From the sequence record PP695294.1: a stretch of 64,000 bases of DNA. The stretch is one strand, 5' to 3'. Position numbers and translations under genes: made by a program. The stretch's first letter is position 1, and each line of letters starts with the position of its first letter. Below the pieces are notes generated by a model. The model did not search any database, was not told the origin of the DNA, and saw only the letters and a list, made by a program, of their open reading frames with translations. Below, one piece after another: positions 16,269 to 25,930 of the stretch.

Positions 16269-17762
16269 ATGGCAGGTCCAGCTAAACAAGTCATGGGTGA
16301 AGTGATTCGCCCTCGTTTTAACGTATATACCATCATGGACCACGCTCTCGGTAACTACGAGCGCGGGGAAGATGGTTTGTACTACCTCAACGGTGGTTTT
16401 GCCCACATCATGGGCTTCGCAGGTCGTGGGAATACCTTTAAGTCTACCTTATTGGACTTCTGTATTTTCATGATTCTGCAACGTTATAATGCAGCCTGGG
16501 GATCGAAATACGATACCGAAGTTACGGCAGCATTAAGTCGTCTGGAAACAGGGTACATTTCCGCAGCGAAAGCAAACGGATTAGAAGTATCACCAACAGG
16601 CGGCGTGCTGGACCTGATCCACGAAGGTCGTTACAACATGGTTGGCTCGGATATCATGGCGGGTGAGGAGTATTACTCTGCTTATATCCGTGACGAAGTC
16701 GAAAAACGTTTCAAAGAGTATATGGCTGGTAAGGCACGTGAAACACCGTTCCCGGACCCAATCCGTCGCTCTGCGAAAAAGATTCTCGACCCGTGGTTGT
16801 ACTCGATTGACTCCCTGTCCGAATGGCACACCTCTTCCCTGGAAGAGAAACACGCCAAATCAGAAGTCGGTGATTCTGAACAGAACATCCTGAACGCCCA
16901 CGATGCGCTGCAGAAATCGAACATGATGAGCCGTTGGCCGTCTGCGTTTGCGCGTGGTGGTTTCTATATGGGCTTCGTTGCTCAGTTGGCCGACGATGCG
17001 GGTAAAGCAATGGCGGCAGGTGGCCGTGGTGGACCGAAGGCGAACGGTAAACTGTTGGACGATGCAGGCGATGATCTGAAGTTTGCGGGTATCCCGCGCC
17101 GTCAGTTGTCGTTCTTAACTAACTCCCTGCTGGTTGCAACCAAGTCTGGTGAGTTGAAGCAGGATCAGACTTACAACGCGAAGACCGGTGTAAACGAAGA
17201 GAAATACCCGACTGCGCGTTCGAAAGCAATGAATGCTTCGGTGAACGACCTGAAAGAAATTGTTTTCACGCAGTACCGTGCGAAGGGTGGTCACACAGGC
17301 GTTAAGTTCAAAATGGTCTTCTCGCAGGAGATGGGTCTGCTTTATCACCTCTCTCTGTGGCATTACCTGAGCGACACACTGAAAGATGAATGGGGCTACA
17401 AACGTAGTGGTGCTAATTATACCCTCGATTTGCTACCTGGTACATCTTTCATGCGTACCACGATTCGCGACATGTGTGACAGCAACCCGCGTTTGCGCCG
17501 TGCGTTGGAAATCACCGCCGCACTAGCGTACATGCAGAATAACTACCACCGACTGGAAATGAAGTACCATCTCTCACCGGCGGAGCTTTATAAAGTTATC
17601 GACGAAAAGTGGGACTGGAATGAAATTCTGGACAATACAGTGGAATACTGGATGTTCAAGGATCAGGAAGTCAAAGGTGGTAAGCGTTGCTTAACAGCAA
17701 TGTCATTACTGGCGATGGCCGTGGATGGTCTGGAACCTAAGTTCTTGACTAAGAAGAAATAA
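16269..17762 (+). CDS. RecA/RadA/UvsX-like recombinase
   Basis: Walker A GFAGRGNTFKST, Walker B YSIDSL, FVAQL; 497 aa as in phiKZ-like RecA homologs. Confidence 0.8.
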   Translation: MAGPAKQVMGEVIRPRFNVYTIMDHALGNYERGEDGLYYLNGGFAHIMGFAGRGNTFKSTLLDFCIFMILQRYNAAWGSKYDTEVTAALSRLETGYISAAKANGLEVSPTGGVLDLIHEGRYNMVGSDIMAGEEYYSAYIRDEVEKRFKEYMAGKARETPFPDPIRRSAKKILDPWLYSIDSLSEWHTSSLEEKHAKSEVGDSEQNILNAHDALQKSNMMSRWPSAFARGGFYMGFVAQLADDAGKAMAAGGRGGPKANGKLLDDAGDDLKFAGIPRRQLSFLTNSLLVATKSGELKQDQTYNAKTGVNEEKYPTARSKAMNASVNDLKEIVFTQYRAKGGHTGVKFKMVFSQEMGLLYHLSLWHYLSDTLKDEWGYKRSGANYTLDLLPGTSFMRTTIRDMCDSNPRLRRALEITAALAYMQNNYHRLEMKYHLSPAELYKVIDEKWDWNEILDNTVEYWMFKDQEVKGGKRCLTAMSLLAMAVDGLEPKFLTKKK

Positions 17763-17767
17763 GCATG

Positions 17768-17791
17768 GGCGGGGCAACCCGCCTGTTTTTT
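17768..17791 (+). terminator. Intrinsic terminator
   Basis: GGCGGG-GCAA-CCCGCC plus TGTTTTTT. Confidence 0.8.
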
Positions 17792-17809
17792 CCCCCCTGA
17801 GGATTAGCG

Positions 17810-18085
17810 ATGCGTTATCAGAAAGATATTGTAGAGCGTCTGTGTCTGGGTCTCGCTGGTATTAGCCAGGAACTTAGCACCGCGTTCCATAACGAGTTCT
17901 CAGCACCGCGACATGCACTGTCTGAATTTAGTCATCAGGTAAATGCCCATTACGGCAACCTGATTAATGATAAACCGAAGGTTGATGCGGTCGGTGTGCC
18001 TGAACACAATGAAGATATCCCGTACTGGATTGAAGACCTGGAACGTGTGGTTCTTCCAGTGCTCCGCGAGAGGATGAAAAAATGA
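17810..18085 (+). CDS. Hypothetical protein, 91 aa
   Basis: GAGGA RBS; ATGA-coupled to the vRNAP beta-C gene. Confidence 0.75.
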   Translation: MRYQKDIVERLCLGLAGISQELSTAFHNEFSAPRHALSEFSHQVNAHYGNLINDKPKVDAVGVPEHNEDIPYWIEDLERVVLPVLRERMKK

Positions 18086-18750
18086 GATTAGACCCGGCAC
18101 GGCGAAAAAAAGCAGAAGCTTATGCTTTACAGTTACTGAACTTAGTTGACCCGACCGGGATTAACGCGGAAGCTGCCAAGCGCGCTTTCTCACGAATGTC
18201 TGACGAAGAGTTCAATCGTCTGCGCGAAGGGTTGCCTGTTTACAACCCAACTGGCGGCAAGGTCAAAATTGACCATATGCGCAATATTAAAATTTGCGAA
18301 GCGATGGGACTGAACTTGTGTCAGCGCCTGTGGCTCACGGAACCGAAAACCGGTATCCTACAGCGTACCCGTTACCCCCATTTAGTCTTCCGGCTACCTG
18401 CACGTCGCCAGACGCAGATGCAAGAGAAGAAAATGGCGGTGGCGAAGAACGATAAAGTCCGCGATAAACTCTCAGGTCAGGTAGTAGGGCCTTCCAAAGC
18501 TTCGGGTGTTTCGTTTCCAGAAGCGTACATCATGTACTCGGATGGACACGACTCAACGCTCCAGGAGTTCCTGTGGGCGCGTGGTGGTAACGATACGTTA
18601 CAACGTGCGTTCTATCAATCGCTACGGCAAACCGGTAAAGGTCGCATCAACCTGGAAGGGGCTGAGCGTACCAGTTCAAAAGCGCCGCGTACATGGTCTT
18701 CGTACTTTAAAGCAATGCACATCGGTAACAACTTAGGACGCCCGGAATGA
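18082..18750 (+). CDS. Virion RNA polymerase beta subunit, C-terminal fragment (phiKZ gp149-like)
   Basis: FRLPARRQTQMQEKK...RDKLSGQVVGPSKASGVSFPEAYIM...LQEFL parallels the RpoB C-terminus (RL.H.V.DK..R....T.QP..G...G.ME...L.E.L). Confidence 0.75.
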   Translation: MRLDPARRKKAEAYALQLLNLVDPTGINAEAAKRAFSRMSDEEFNRLREGLPVYNPTGGKVKIDHMRNIKICEAMGLNLCQRLWLTEPKTGILQRTRYPHLVFRLPARRQTQMQEKKMAVAKNDKVRDKLSGQVVGPSKASGVSFPEAYIMYSDGHDSTLQEFLWARGGNDTLQRAFYQSLRQTGKGRINLEGAERTSSKAPRTWSSYFKAMHIGNNLGRPE

Positions 18751-19475
18751 GATTAGGACGCCGTTTCTTAGTCGATATCGACACAATCTTCGATACACGA
18801 ATTGGTTGGGCGAAAGTGCTGCAGCCTGATGTATTAGAGAAGCTTGATTTAGAAGTGTATCGGATGCGGTTCACGGATGCGTGGGCCGAAGTGGTAGGAA
18901 TTCAGGACTGGAATAAAAAGTTCGCGGAGCGTGATAAACGCGCGTTGCAGAACGCGCAGCCAACAGAAATGTTGCTTACGCTAAAGAACGAAGTACAGGC
19001 AATGTTAATGACGATACAGATGCACGCTCCTATCGAGCGACCTGTCTTAACGTTTAACCTGTGGCCATACGCTGATCTCGATGATGAAGAACGTCATGCG
19101 TTTTTGGAAGAACTGCGTTACTACTATAACGAAGTGCAAGTAGACGTCGTTGTTATTCCTCACAGCGATCTTACACCAGGACGACTTGCTTCGGCGTGGG
19201 ACGGTTGGATAATGTACGACTGGTACCCGTGGATAGAACAACACGCGGGCCATTTCCAGAAACCGATTCCGGATTTCACCATTACCCGACCGAGTATGCT
19301 GACCAGCGAATTAACGGAAGAAGCCATCGCGCAAATAAAAAGAGATAAGGTGAACCCCTTTAAGGAGTCCACCCGTTTTCTTGCACAATACGTCGGTACT
19401 GACGTAAAGGACACTGCGCTGTTTAGTCTTCGTCGTCATCAGCAGGACGACGACTCGCAAACGCAGACGCCATGA
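18747..19475 (+). CDS. Conserved hypothetical protein, possible HAD-like fold
   Basis: N-terminal FLVDIDTIFD resembles HAD motif I; other HAD motifs unclear. Overlaps the convergent gene by 53 nt. Confidence 0.5.
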   Translation: MRLGRRFLVDIDTIFDTRIGWAKVLQPDVLEKLDLEVYRMRFTDAWAEVVGIQDWNKKFAERDKRALQNAQPTEMLLTLKNEVQAMLMTIQMHAPIERPVLTFNLWPYADLDDEERHAFLEELRYYYNEVQVDVVVIPHSDLTPGRLASAWDGWIMYDWYPWIEQHAGHFQKPIPDFTITRPSMLTSELTEEAIAQIKRDKVNPFKESTRFLAQYVGTDVKDTALFSLRRHQQDDDSQTQTP

Positions 19476-19893
19476 TCTGGTCAACGTCAATCTTTTCGCC
19501 TACTGGTGCCAACTCACCTTCTTTCGGAGGCCGTACTGCGGCAATCTGTGGGACGGTGGGTTGGTATCCGTTATTTAAATCTTCTTCATCATCGTGACGT
19601 TTGATACCAACGCCAGCACGGGTCATTAAGAAGCCGTTTAAACTGTTGGCCAAATCTTGAGTCGCCTCAGCGCCTTTCTCAGCAGCTTTAATTTTCCGCT
19701 TCGTCATGACCTGTTTGTCGATGCCGTTGATTAGGCGTTCGATTCGGTCGACGGCTTTTAAGTCTTTGTGTACTTCACCGTCGTTCACCATATCCGTGAC
19801 GAGCTTAACGCGTAGCTGTTGTGTTTGGCGGAGAAGCGAATCTTCGTTGTCCACATCTCCGTCGAACGCTTGGTATTTCACTTCTTCGCTCAT
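19423..19893 (-). CDS. Hypothetical protein, 156 aa
   Basis: GAGGT RBS on the minus strand; helical, acidic tail. Confidence 0.75.
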   Translation of the reverse strand: MSEEVKYQAFDGDVDNEDSLLRQTQQLRVKLVTDMVNDGEVHKDLKAVDRIERLINGIDKQVMTKRKIKAAEKGAEATQDLANSLNGFLMTRAGVGIKRHDDEEDLNNGYQPTVPQIAAVRPPKEGELAPVGEKIDVDQIMASAFASRRPADDDED

Positions 19894-19909
19894 GGGATAA
19901 CCTCATCTC

Positions 19910-19936
19910 AAAAAGAACTCAGACAGATATTATCTA
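19910..19936 (+). promoter_or_regulatory. Candidate phage early promoter (AAAAAGAACTCAGACAGATATTATCTA)
   Basis: Near-identical to the 51589 copy over 27 nt. Confidence 0.65.
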
Positions 19937-19969
19937 TCCGAGACAACATCTCATAATAGGATAACACCT

Positions 19970-20500
19970 ATGCTTTTTAAATGGCTTTCAACACTCCTGC
20001 GTCGTAAGGCTGTAGAAGCTCGCAGACGCTCTTTGGAGGCTGAGTTTCATAAGAATACCCATAACACCCTACACAGAGTGATGGTGGGCTTAGAACTCAT
20101 TACAGAGCCTCTGGAATATAATGGGAAAGAATACCTTCCTTTTTCATTGCGTGGACAACTCGAATTACGTATTCGAGATTTTGACACGTTGGTGGAGCGA
20201 TTGGAATTCTTCATTTCTGAGTATAACCGTGTATCCAGTAGCAACATTCCCAATCAACGTTGGTTAGAGTTGCCTGAGGCAATCGATAGAAAAGGAGAGA
20301 GTTCAGAACCACGATGGCTTGATCATTATTTCGGTGCATCCGATCCTGAAGTCGCGCGCGATAAACTGCGCACAGTCTTCGCTATGTTAGAACTGTATCA
20401 GCGTGCATTTGATAAACAAACACCCGAACAGGATACGCTGTTTAATCAAACCGCACATATCTTCCGCGAGTTAGAAGTGATAGTGGAACACTATCTCTAA
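19970..20500 (+). CDS. Hypothetical protein, 176 aa
   Basis: AGGA RBS, ATG start. Confidence 0.75.
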   Translation: MLFKWLSTLLRRKAVEARRRSLEAEFHKNTHNTLHRVMVGLELITEPLEYNGKEYLPFSLRGQLELRIRDFDTLVERLEFFISEYNRVSSSNIPNQRWLELPEAIDRKGESSEPRWLDHYFGASDPEVARDKLRTVFAMLELYQRAFDKQTPEQDTLFNQTAHIFRELEVIVEHYL

Positions 20501-20533
20501 CTTTTAATCTATTCCCTTGTAACAAGGTGATGT

Positions 20534-21412
20534 ATGGATGATGAGAAAAAGCCGCCGCTGAATAGCACACGCGAGCAAATTTGGCACGGTACGCCACCGG
20601 CGTCAGATTCCAGCTACCCGTTAAGGAAAGCTTATTGGAATCTGGTTAAGTTGATGGGTATTAGCGACGGGATATGGAAAGACCTTATCCGTCAACATGT
20701 CAACGACCCGGAGTATCTGAAACAGTTTCGTGACAGCAAACTGACCACGATGACCGACCGCGTTAACCGGCTGAACACCTCACTTACGGGTGGTTCGGTA
20801 CGTAACCTGACAGTCGATTTTACGTGGAAACGTTTCATCGAGGGATTAGTTATCCTGGAGATGCAAACGCTAACAGTCACCCTGCTGACTAAGCGGGGAA
20901 GCTTTGACACGAAGTGTTTTGTATTCGACAGTACGTTTGTGCGTGAGGACTTCATTAAGAACTTACGTAATGAGAACAGGAAGAAACGTAAAGAGCGTTT
21001 CGAGCATCCCGCATCTTACGACGTTAACGAGTATGTCGCGAACATCGACCACACTATCGAACATGTGATGAAGCACATTCTCCTGCGTTTAATCTACAAA
21101 GTTATTCGTGGGTATAAAATCGATGGTGATAAACTGGAACGGTGGACGACGAACTACGTCAACAACCCTAAGTTGTGCCCAGGCACATCATCCAAACGTG
21201 GGGACAGACGAAACAACATGAAACAGGCGATGCGTCACACCGAGGCAATCACCTGGCGTTGGTTTCTAATAATCTTACAAGCGCTGGACGTACGTGAGTT
21301 CGAAATCACTTTCAAAGTTCGTCATCGTAGTGGTAGAGAATATGAGGTCAGCGACGACGTTCCGTTAGCGACGTATAGATTCTGGAGTTCCAATGAAACT
21401 GAACAACCTTGA
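20534..21412 (+). CDS. Hypothetical protein with internal tandem duplication, 292 aa
   Basis: Two ~95-aa units sharing VN(D/N)P...DR.N.(L/M)...TW(K/R).F...L..L. Confidence 0.75.
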   Translation: MDDEKKPPLNSTREQIWHGTPPASDSSYPLRKAYWNLVKLMGISDGIWKDLIRQHVNDPEYLKQFRDSKLTTMTDRVNRLNTSLTGGSVRNLTVDFTWKRFIEGLVILEMQTLTVTLLTKRGSFDTKCFVFDSTFVREDFIKNLRNENRKKRKERFEHPASYDVNEYVANIDHTIEHVMKHILLRLIYKVIRGYKIDGDKLERWTTNYVNNPKLCPGTSSKRGDRRNNMKQAMRHTEAITWRWFLIILQALDVREFEITFKVRHRSGREYEVSDDVPLATYRFWSSNETEQP

Positions 21413-22667
21413 TGGGATTACCAACCAGATAAGCAGCACAACGGGCGCAATAGAGAACAAAGTTAACGATGTTCAAAACCGTGTCCAGTCAACAATTGGT
21501 AATGCCGAGCGCGGTATTGAAAGTGCTCAAAATTTGTACAATAACGTAACCGCCAAAGCAGGGGAAACTTTCGACAAGATCTCCAACATTGGCAACACGA
21601 TAAGTGAAAAATTTGGTAACGTGTTCGGGGGTGGCGACCAAGTCACGGTAGGTGGTAAAAAGGCAGCAGGTTCAGCGGCTTCCGGAGTATCGCCGCCTCA
21701 ACGTGTGCCTACTTTTGCTTCCAACACGAAAGAAGCGCTGCCAGTTATCGATCCACAGAAACGCGATGTGTCCGAACCCTTTCAGAAGGTAAACCAGGAA
21801 GGGAAAACTGCACTGAGCTATCTCTCACCGGGCGGTGCAGGTAGTCTGTTAAGTAAGGGATGGGATACACTGACTGATCTTCGCGATAGCGCTTTAAGCG
21901 CGGTCGGGACAGATTATGCGTCAGTGAAAGCTCGCCTGGAGTCCACGATGAACATCGCGGGACAGCTTGCCAAACTGCCTGGTGAGGTACAGCGTGAAAT
22001 CGGTAACTACGTCGATATGGCCAATAGCGCCAAGTGGCAAGTCACCGCACTGATTGACGATGTTACGCACACGTTTGATAGCTTTAAGGACCTGGACGAC
22101 TTCTTGTCTATCGACGGGATCATTGATAGCTTTACGGGCGGGAGTGGGAATTTCTCCTCGCTGGATATCAACACCTCGTCTGCGTTGATATACGGTATGT
22201 CCACAAAGCTCAATCAATACGGTCTGCCGAATCGCATCGATCCGATGATTCAGGCTATCACCGATCCTATTGCACAACAAGCGTTGTACGGCGAACTGAT
22301 GATACAGGCTGCGGCTGCTGGCAATCTCAATTCTGTTGAGTATTACTTGCCTAAACTACAGCCAGGTCAAGGTGCTGAGATTGCAGATACTGTTATTCAG
22401 AATCTTCTGATGAACCTTAACGTTGAGCCGGGGGTGGGTTACAGCACCTACGGTCAGCGACTGTTGACGTTGTTTAATGCGCTTAATCCAAACTGGGATA
22501 TCTCTAAAACGAATCCTGGAATGGTTGAGCTTAAGCTTTACACGTACGCCAACAGTAATGCGATTCAAGCACTCCTGACCACCGAGAAACGTCCGTACGT
22601 TATCGCCGGTGGTAGTGTCCAATATCAGTCTGCCAGTACGCTGGTGCAGAGCTATTTCGCCTTGTAA
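21393..22667 (+). CDS. Probable virion structural protein, 424 aa
   Basis: N-terminal amphipathic N/Q/S/T-rich repeats; call from recalled synteny. Confidence 0.55.
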   Translation: MKLNNLDGITNQISSTTGAIENKVNDVQNRVQSTIGNAERGIESAQNLYNNVTAKAGETFDKISNIGNTISEKFGNVFGGGDQVTVGGKKAAGSAASGVSPPQRVPTFASNTKEALPVIDPQKRDVSEPFQKVNQEGKTALSYLSPGGAGSLLSKGWDTLTDLRDSALSAVGTDYASVKARLESTMNIAGQLAKLPGEVQREIGNYVDMANSAKWQVTALIDDVTHTFDSFKDLDDFLSIDGIIDSFTGGSGNFSSLDINTSSALIYGMSTKLNQYGLPNRIDPMIQAITDPIAQQALYGELMIQAAAAGNLNSVEYYLPKLQPGQGAEIADTVIQNLLMNLNVEPGVGYSTYGQRLLTLFNALNPNWDISKTNPGMVELKLYTYANSNAIQALLTTEKRPYVIAGGSVQYQSASTLVQSYFAL

Positions 22668-22676
22668 GGTACCTCT

Positions 22677-23528
22677 ATGTCGAAAGATGAAGGTAAGTTT
22701 TTGCGTAGTGCGTTGGAACGTCTACGTGTCGATGGTGCATCGGTGGATGCTTTGGCGGCTGCTTTTGGGTTTACGTTGCCCGCCTCGGTAGAAGCCACAT
22801 ATCCTGTTTTACGTCCCATCCTACCACCAGAAGAAAAGGAAGCCTTTGTACGCTATTTACTGCGTATGGGTTACCAGAGTACCTTGGTGGATATCACGCC
22901 GTCTACAGACGGTCTGAATCACTTCAACATCTATTCGCAGGGGCGAACTGAGATAGGTCGGATGGCGAGTAACTTCTATGCTCGCCCTGGTGAGTATTTT
23001 GTTACCCCCCACGGACCTTTCCGGACGCTCGAAGGTTATTATCATTACCTGCGTATTCTGGATTACTTAATGCGTGAAATTGATAACCGCACTTCGGTGA
23101 TGGAATTTGATATCATGCGACAGGCAGTGAACACCTGGCCTGATATTGAGAAGTTGCGTGCACTAGATGGCAGCGACTGTATCCGGCTAGGTCGTAATCT
23201 GAAAGCGGAAATCTACGGAGGAACCAGTTATAAGCCCGGTTCATTTACCCCGGTTACAGAAAGCCGCTTTATCCATGCGCTGGTAAATAAACTCTTTATA
23301 CTGTCGGTCGACGGGACATCGTTAGGTAATGTATTTGCAGAGATTCTGCGAGCACGTATCCCGCTTAAGCATTATTACATGATGCAAGGGCGTAAGATAT
23401 TCCCAGCACACTGGGACTGGCTACCAAATCTGATTGAGATGATAGCTGAACATATCGATCCTGAGGACAGTACGTTTGATCGAACCGAACTTTTGAAGAA
23501 ACTAGGAATCGATGATGGGACTATTTGA
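22677..23528 (+). CDS. NADAR-like protein (T4 gp30.3-like) with N-terminal extension
   Basis: DGLNHFNIYSQGRTEIGRMASNFY...HGPFRTLEGYYHYL, later LKHY; SNF...F...E motif of NADAR. Confidence 0.65.
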   Translation: MSKDEGKFLRSALERLRVDGASVDALAAAFGFTLPASVEATYPVLRPILPPEEKEAFVRYLLRMGYQSTLVDITPSTDGLNHFNIYSQGRTEIGRMASNFYARPGEYFVTPHGPFRTLEGYYHYLRILDYLMREIDNRTSVMEFDIMRQAVNTWPDIEKLRALDGSDCIRLGRNLKAEIYGGTSYKPGSFTPVTESRFIHALVNKLFILSVDGTSLGNVFAEILRARIPLKHYYMMQGRKIFPAHWDWLPNLIEMIAEHIDPEDSTFDRTELLKKLGIDDGTI

Positions 23529-24174
23529 TATTCTCAAAAACTTAGACGAGCAGCAGGAAAAAGAAGTCATTACTGTTGCGCGTGAGTCCATCTCTACGGA
23601 GAAGGAACGTGAGTATTGCATGTGGGTTAAACCCACTGAAGAAGGTTGGCAATGGCTGTTTGGTCAGACAGGTGAAACGTTCCTGGATGTCATCATGCCG
23701 GTCGTTAACGGCAAACGTCGTGTGCGGTTGTCCACCGATAAAACCGCAGTCTTAACGTTAAAACGACAAGCATCTGATGGTCGTATCGAAGAGAACTCGG
23801 ATATCGGGTTTGCCTCGGGTCTGACCTTCTACGAAGATGGCAATCTTGCACATCTCGTGCGTCGTATCAAACTCGAGCCAGGCGAGCTGGCAGAGCAAGG
23901 TGCGAAGCATTGGGATATCGACTTGTTCTTTAAACTGGCAGGTCACCCAGTTATCGAATCGCAGGCAGGTTTCGAAGACCTTGTCAACGAACTGCGCGAC
24001 TCCACTACATTCGGCGAGTGGGTAAAAGTCGAACTGGAAGTTGAGCGATTTGAGCTGACGTCTATTAAGGACGTATTGCCGTTTGCAGTAGAAGACGCTA
24101 TTCCAGGCAATCCTTCTAACCCCGATGACCAAGAAGTCATTCGGGACTACTGGGATAATGAAACCCGCATCTAA
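23512..24174 (+). CDS. CYTH / triphosphate tunnel metalloenzyme, probable head protein
   Basis: EKEREY (ExE), RRVRL, LTLKR, IEEN, WDIDLF, VELEV; ARE-S site before the domain. Confidence 0.75.
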   Translation: MMGLFDILKNLDEQQEKEVITVARESISTEKEREYCMWVKPTEEGWQWLFGQTGETFLDVIMPVVNGKRRVRLSTDKTAVLTLKRQASDGRIEENSDIGFASGLTFYEDGNLAHLVRRIKLEPGELAEQGAKHWDIDLFFKLAGHPVIESQAGFEDLVNELRDSTTFGEWVKVELEVERFELTSIKDVLPFAVEDAIPGNPSNPDDQEVIRDYWDNETRI

Positions 24175-24178
24175 GTCG

Positions 24179-24215
24179 TACCCTCTCCTTCGGGGGAGGG
24201 TATCTTCATTTTTTA
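24179..24215 (+). terminator. Intrinsic terminator
   Basis: TACCCTCTCC-TTCG-GGGGAGGGTA plus T-rich tail. Confidence 0.75.
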
Positions 24216-24232
24216 TCTTAAGGAGTATGTAA

Positions 24233-24595
24233 ATGCAAATCGGTTTTTTCTTTAATCGTCACGGAATCGTGTTTGTTTGTGGGGTTGCGGATAGCGACGG
24301 GAGACGTGTACGCACGTTAGAACTCGACGAAACATCTATGGTCGAGTGGAAAGAGAAACTTGCTCCCTTCGCAGAAGGTAAGTTTCAACTATTGCAACTC
24401 TACACGCAAGCTGCGTCGCCACGCGTGGCTTTCTCCCGACTTGGAGACGGCGAAGACACCACACACCTGGTTATCTTCAGTGGGCAGCCTGGTCGTGTAT
24501 TGAGCGAATTATTGATGGGATTCAACCCGCCTAGCAAGCCCAGGATGAATACGTACAATGTGCACGACAGTAGTCAAATTCTTATTCTTCGATAA
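24233..24595 (+). CDS. Hypothetical protein, 120 aa
   Basis: AAGGAG RBS. Confidence 0.8.
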   Translation: MQIGFFFNRHGIVFVCGVADSDGRRVRTLELDETSMVEWKEKLAPFAEGKFQLLQLYTQAASPRVAFSRLGDGEDTTHLVIFSGQPGRVLSELLMGFNPPSKPRMNTYNVHDSSQILILR

Positions 24596-24643
24596 TTTAC
24601 GGCCACGGCTGTACGTATGTAAAAGACCTCAAGGAGAACTATA

Positions 24644-25066
24644 ATGAACAATATCGCGTTTGAAAAAGGCGTTGGCTTACTTCTGAACAACACCATCATC
24701 GCTGGCACTAATAACGCTAACTGGGAAGCGTTAGCACAGCGTCTCAAAGACAAGCCTGTGAAGATTGTGGTAACGAGCGAGCTGCCGTTAAACGGCACGA
24801 TGGCAGACTGTGGTCCAATGTTTGCAGCGTTTAATGTCGACTATGATTGCGGCTCCGCTTTCTTACAAAACGCCGCGTTACGTAGCCGTCTGTACAGCTG
24901 GCGTTTGTTGGGTCCGGTAAGTAAAGCCGCTGGCCAGATGGTTAACCAGGGCACACCGATGTCGGGTGTGGAAGACCAGACTATCGCCGTTGTCGTTTCT
25001 CGCGCAACCAGCCAGCTTAACTTTGCAATCTGCTACGCGTATCGGGAGGAAGAAGTCTGTGCCTAG
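24644..25066 (+). CDS. Hypothetical protein, 140 aa
   Basis: AAGGAG RBS. Confidence 0.8.
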   Translation: MNNIAFEKGVGLLLNNTIIAGTNNANWEALAQRLKDKPVKIVVTSELPLNGTMADCGPMFAAFNVDYDCGSAFLQNAALRSRLYSWRLLGPVSKAAGQMVNQGTPMSGVEDQTIAVVVSRATSQLNFAICYAYREEEVCA

Positions 25067-25928
25067 CATCATTCAGCAAGTTCAGGCAGTCGAAGAGTGG
25101 TTTCGCAAGACAGATATTTACCAACAGAAAGCGACTGAACGTCAGTTGGTGAAGTATTACGTCACACTCGGCAGGATCTCAGCAGGTGTCGATGAACTGG
25201 ATAACCTAAAGGTGGCTGCCGGTATCGGCGAATCGATTTGGACATTTGCCGCGCTGCTACACCTCGGTCCACATTCTAACTTCGGCGATATTATCGTTCC
25301 GCTGAGTGACGCGCTATCCGTTCGTACTACAACTGGAACGAAAGAAGGGCAGCTGCAGCAACTCATGTTAATTGCGGTCGAGACCGTTAGTGTTGTTTTG
25401 CGTGAACCAGAACCTGACGCTAAGAGTTATAGCGCGCTGCTTCGTAAGTTGATGAGACAGTATCAATTGTTGGCGTGTCGTTGCGGGCTGGAGTTTGACC
25501 GTGTTGTTTTTAATGGCCATCGTAAGCTCGTTAAGACTCCCGAAACATTAAGCACGCTCGGCGAACTGCTTAAAGCAACGTTGCCGTTACCCGACAACGA
25601 TTTGGCGAAACAAACCTATCAGGCGGTGTACAAAACCAACGAGTCAGTTCACGACATTATTGTAAATTGCCTTTTGGCCACATCGAATGATTTACAAACC
25701 AAATATAACGGCGACGTCGCCATGCCGCAGCTATTGCTGCGGATGGAGGACATTATGAACGAAAAGCTGCAAGAGCTTCTCAAGGCGCACTTTGAACCGT
25801 GGATAGTAAGAAAACAAATGTTGTTCAATCGTAACCCTCGCGTTGATGTTAAGTTCGATGGTAACGCTGTAAACATTTGTGCGAACGACGATTTAAGAGA
25901 CATTTTGAATTTATTGAAAGGAAAATAA
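25059..25928 (+). CDS. Inactive MazG-like paralog (pseudoenzyme), 289 aa
   Basis: GTG25059 with GGGAGG; aligns by eye with 29290 but the acidic metal ligands are substituted. Confidence 0.6.
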   Translation: MPSIIQQVQAVEEWFRKTDIYQQKATERQLVKYYVTLGRISAGVDELDNLKVAAGIGESIWTFAALLHLGPHSNFGDIIVPLSDALSVRTTTGTKEGQLQQLMLIAVETVSVVLREPEPDAKSYSALLRKLMRQYQLLACRCGLEFDRVVFNGHRKLVKTPETLSTLGELLKATLPLPDNDLAKQTYQAVYKTNESVHDIIVNCLLATSNDLQTKYNGDVAMPQLLLRMEDIMNEKLQELLKAHFEPWIVRKQMLFNRNPRVDVKFDGNAVNICANDDLRDILNLLKGK

Positions 25929-25930
25929 TT

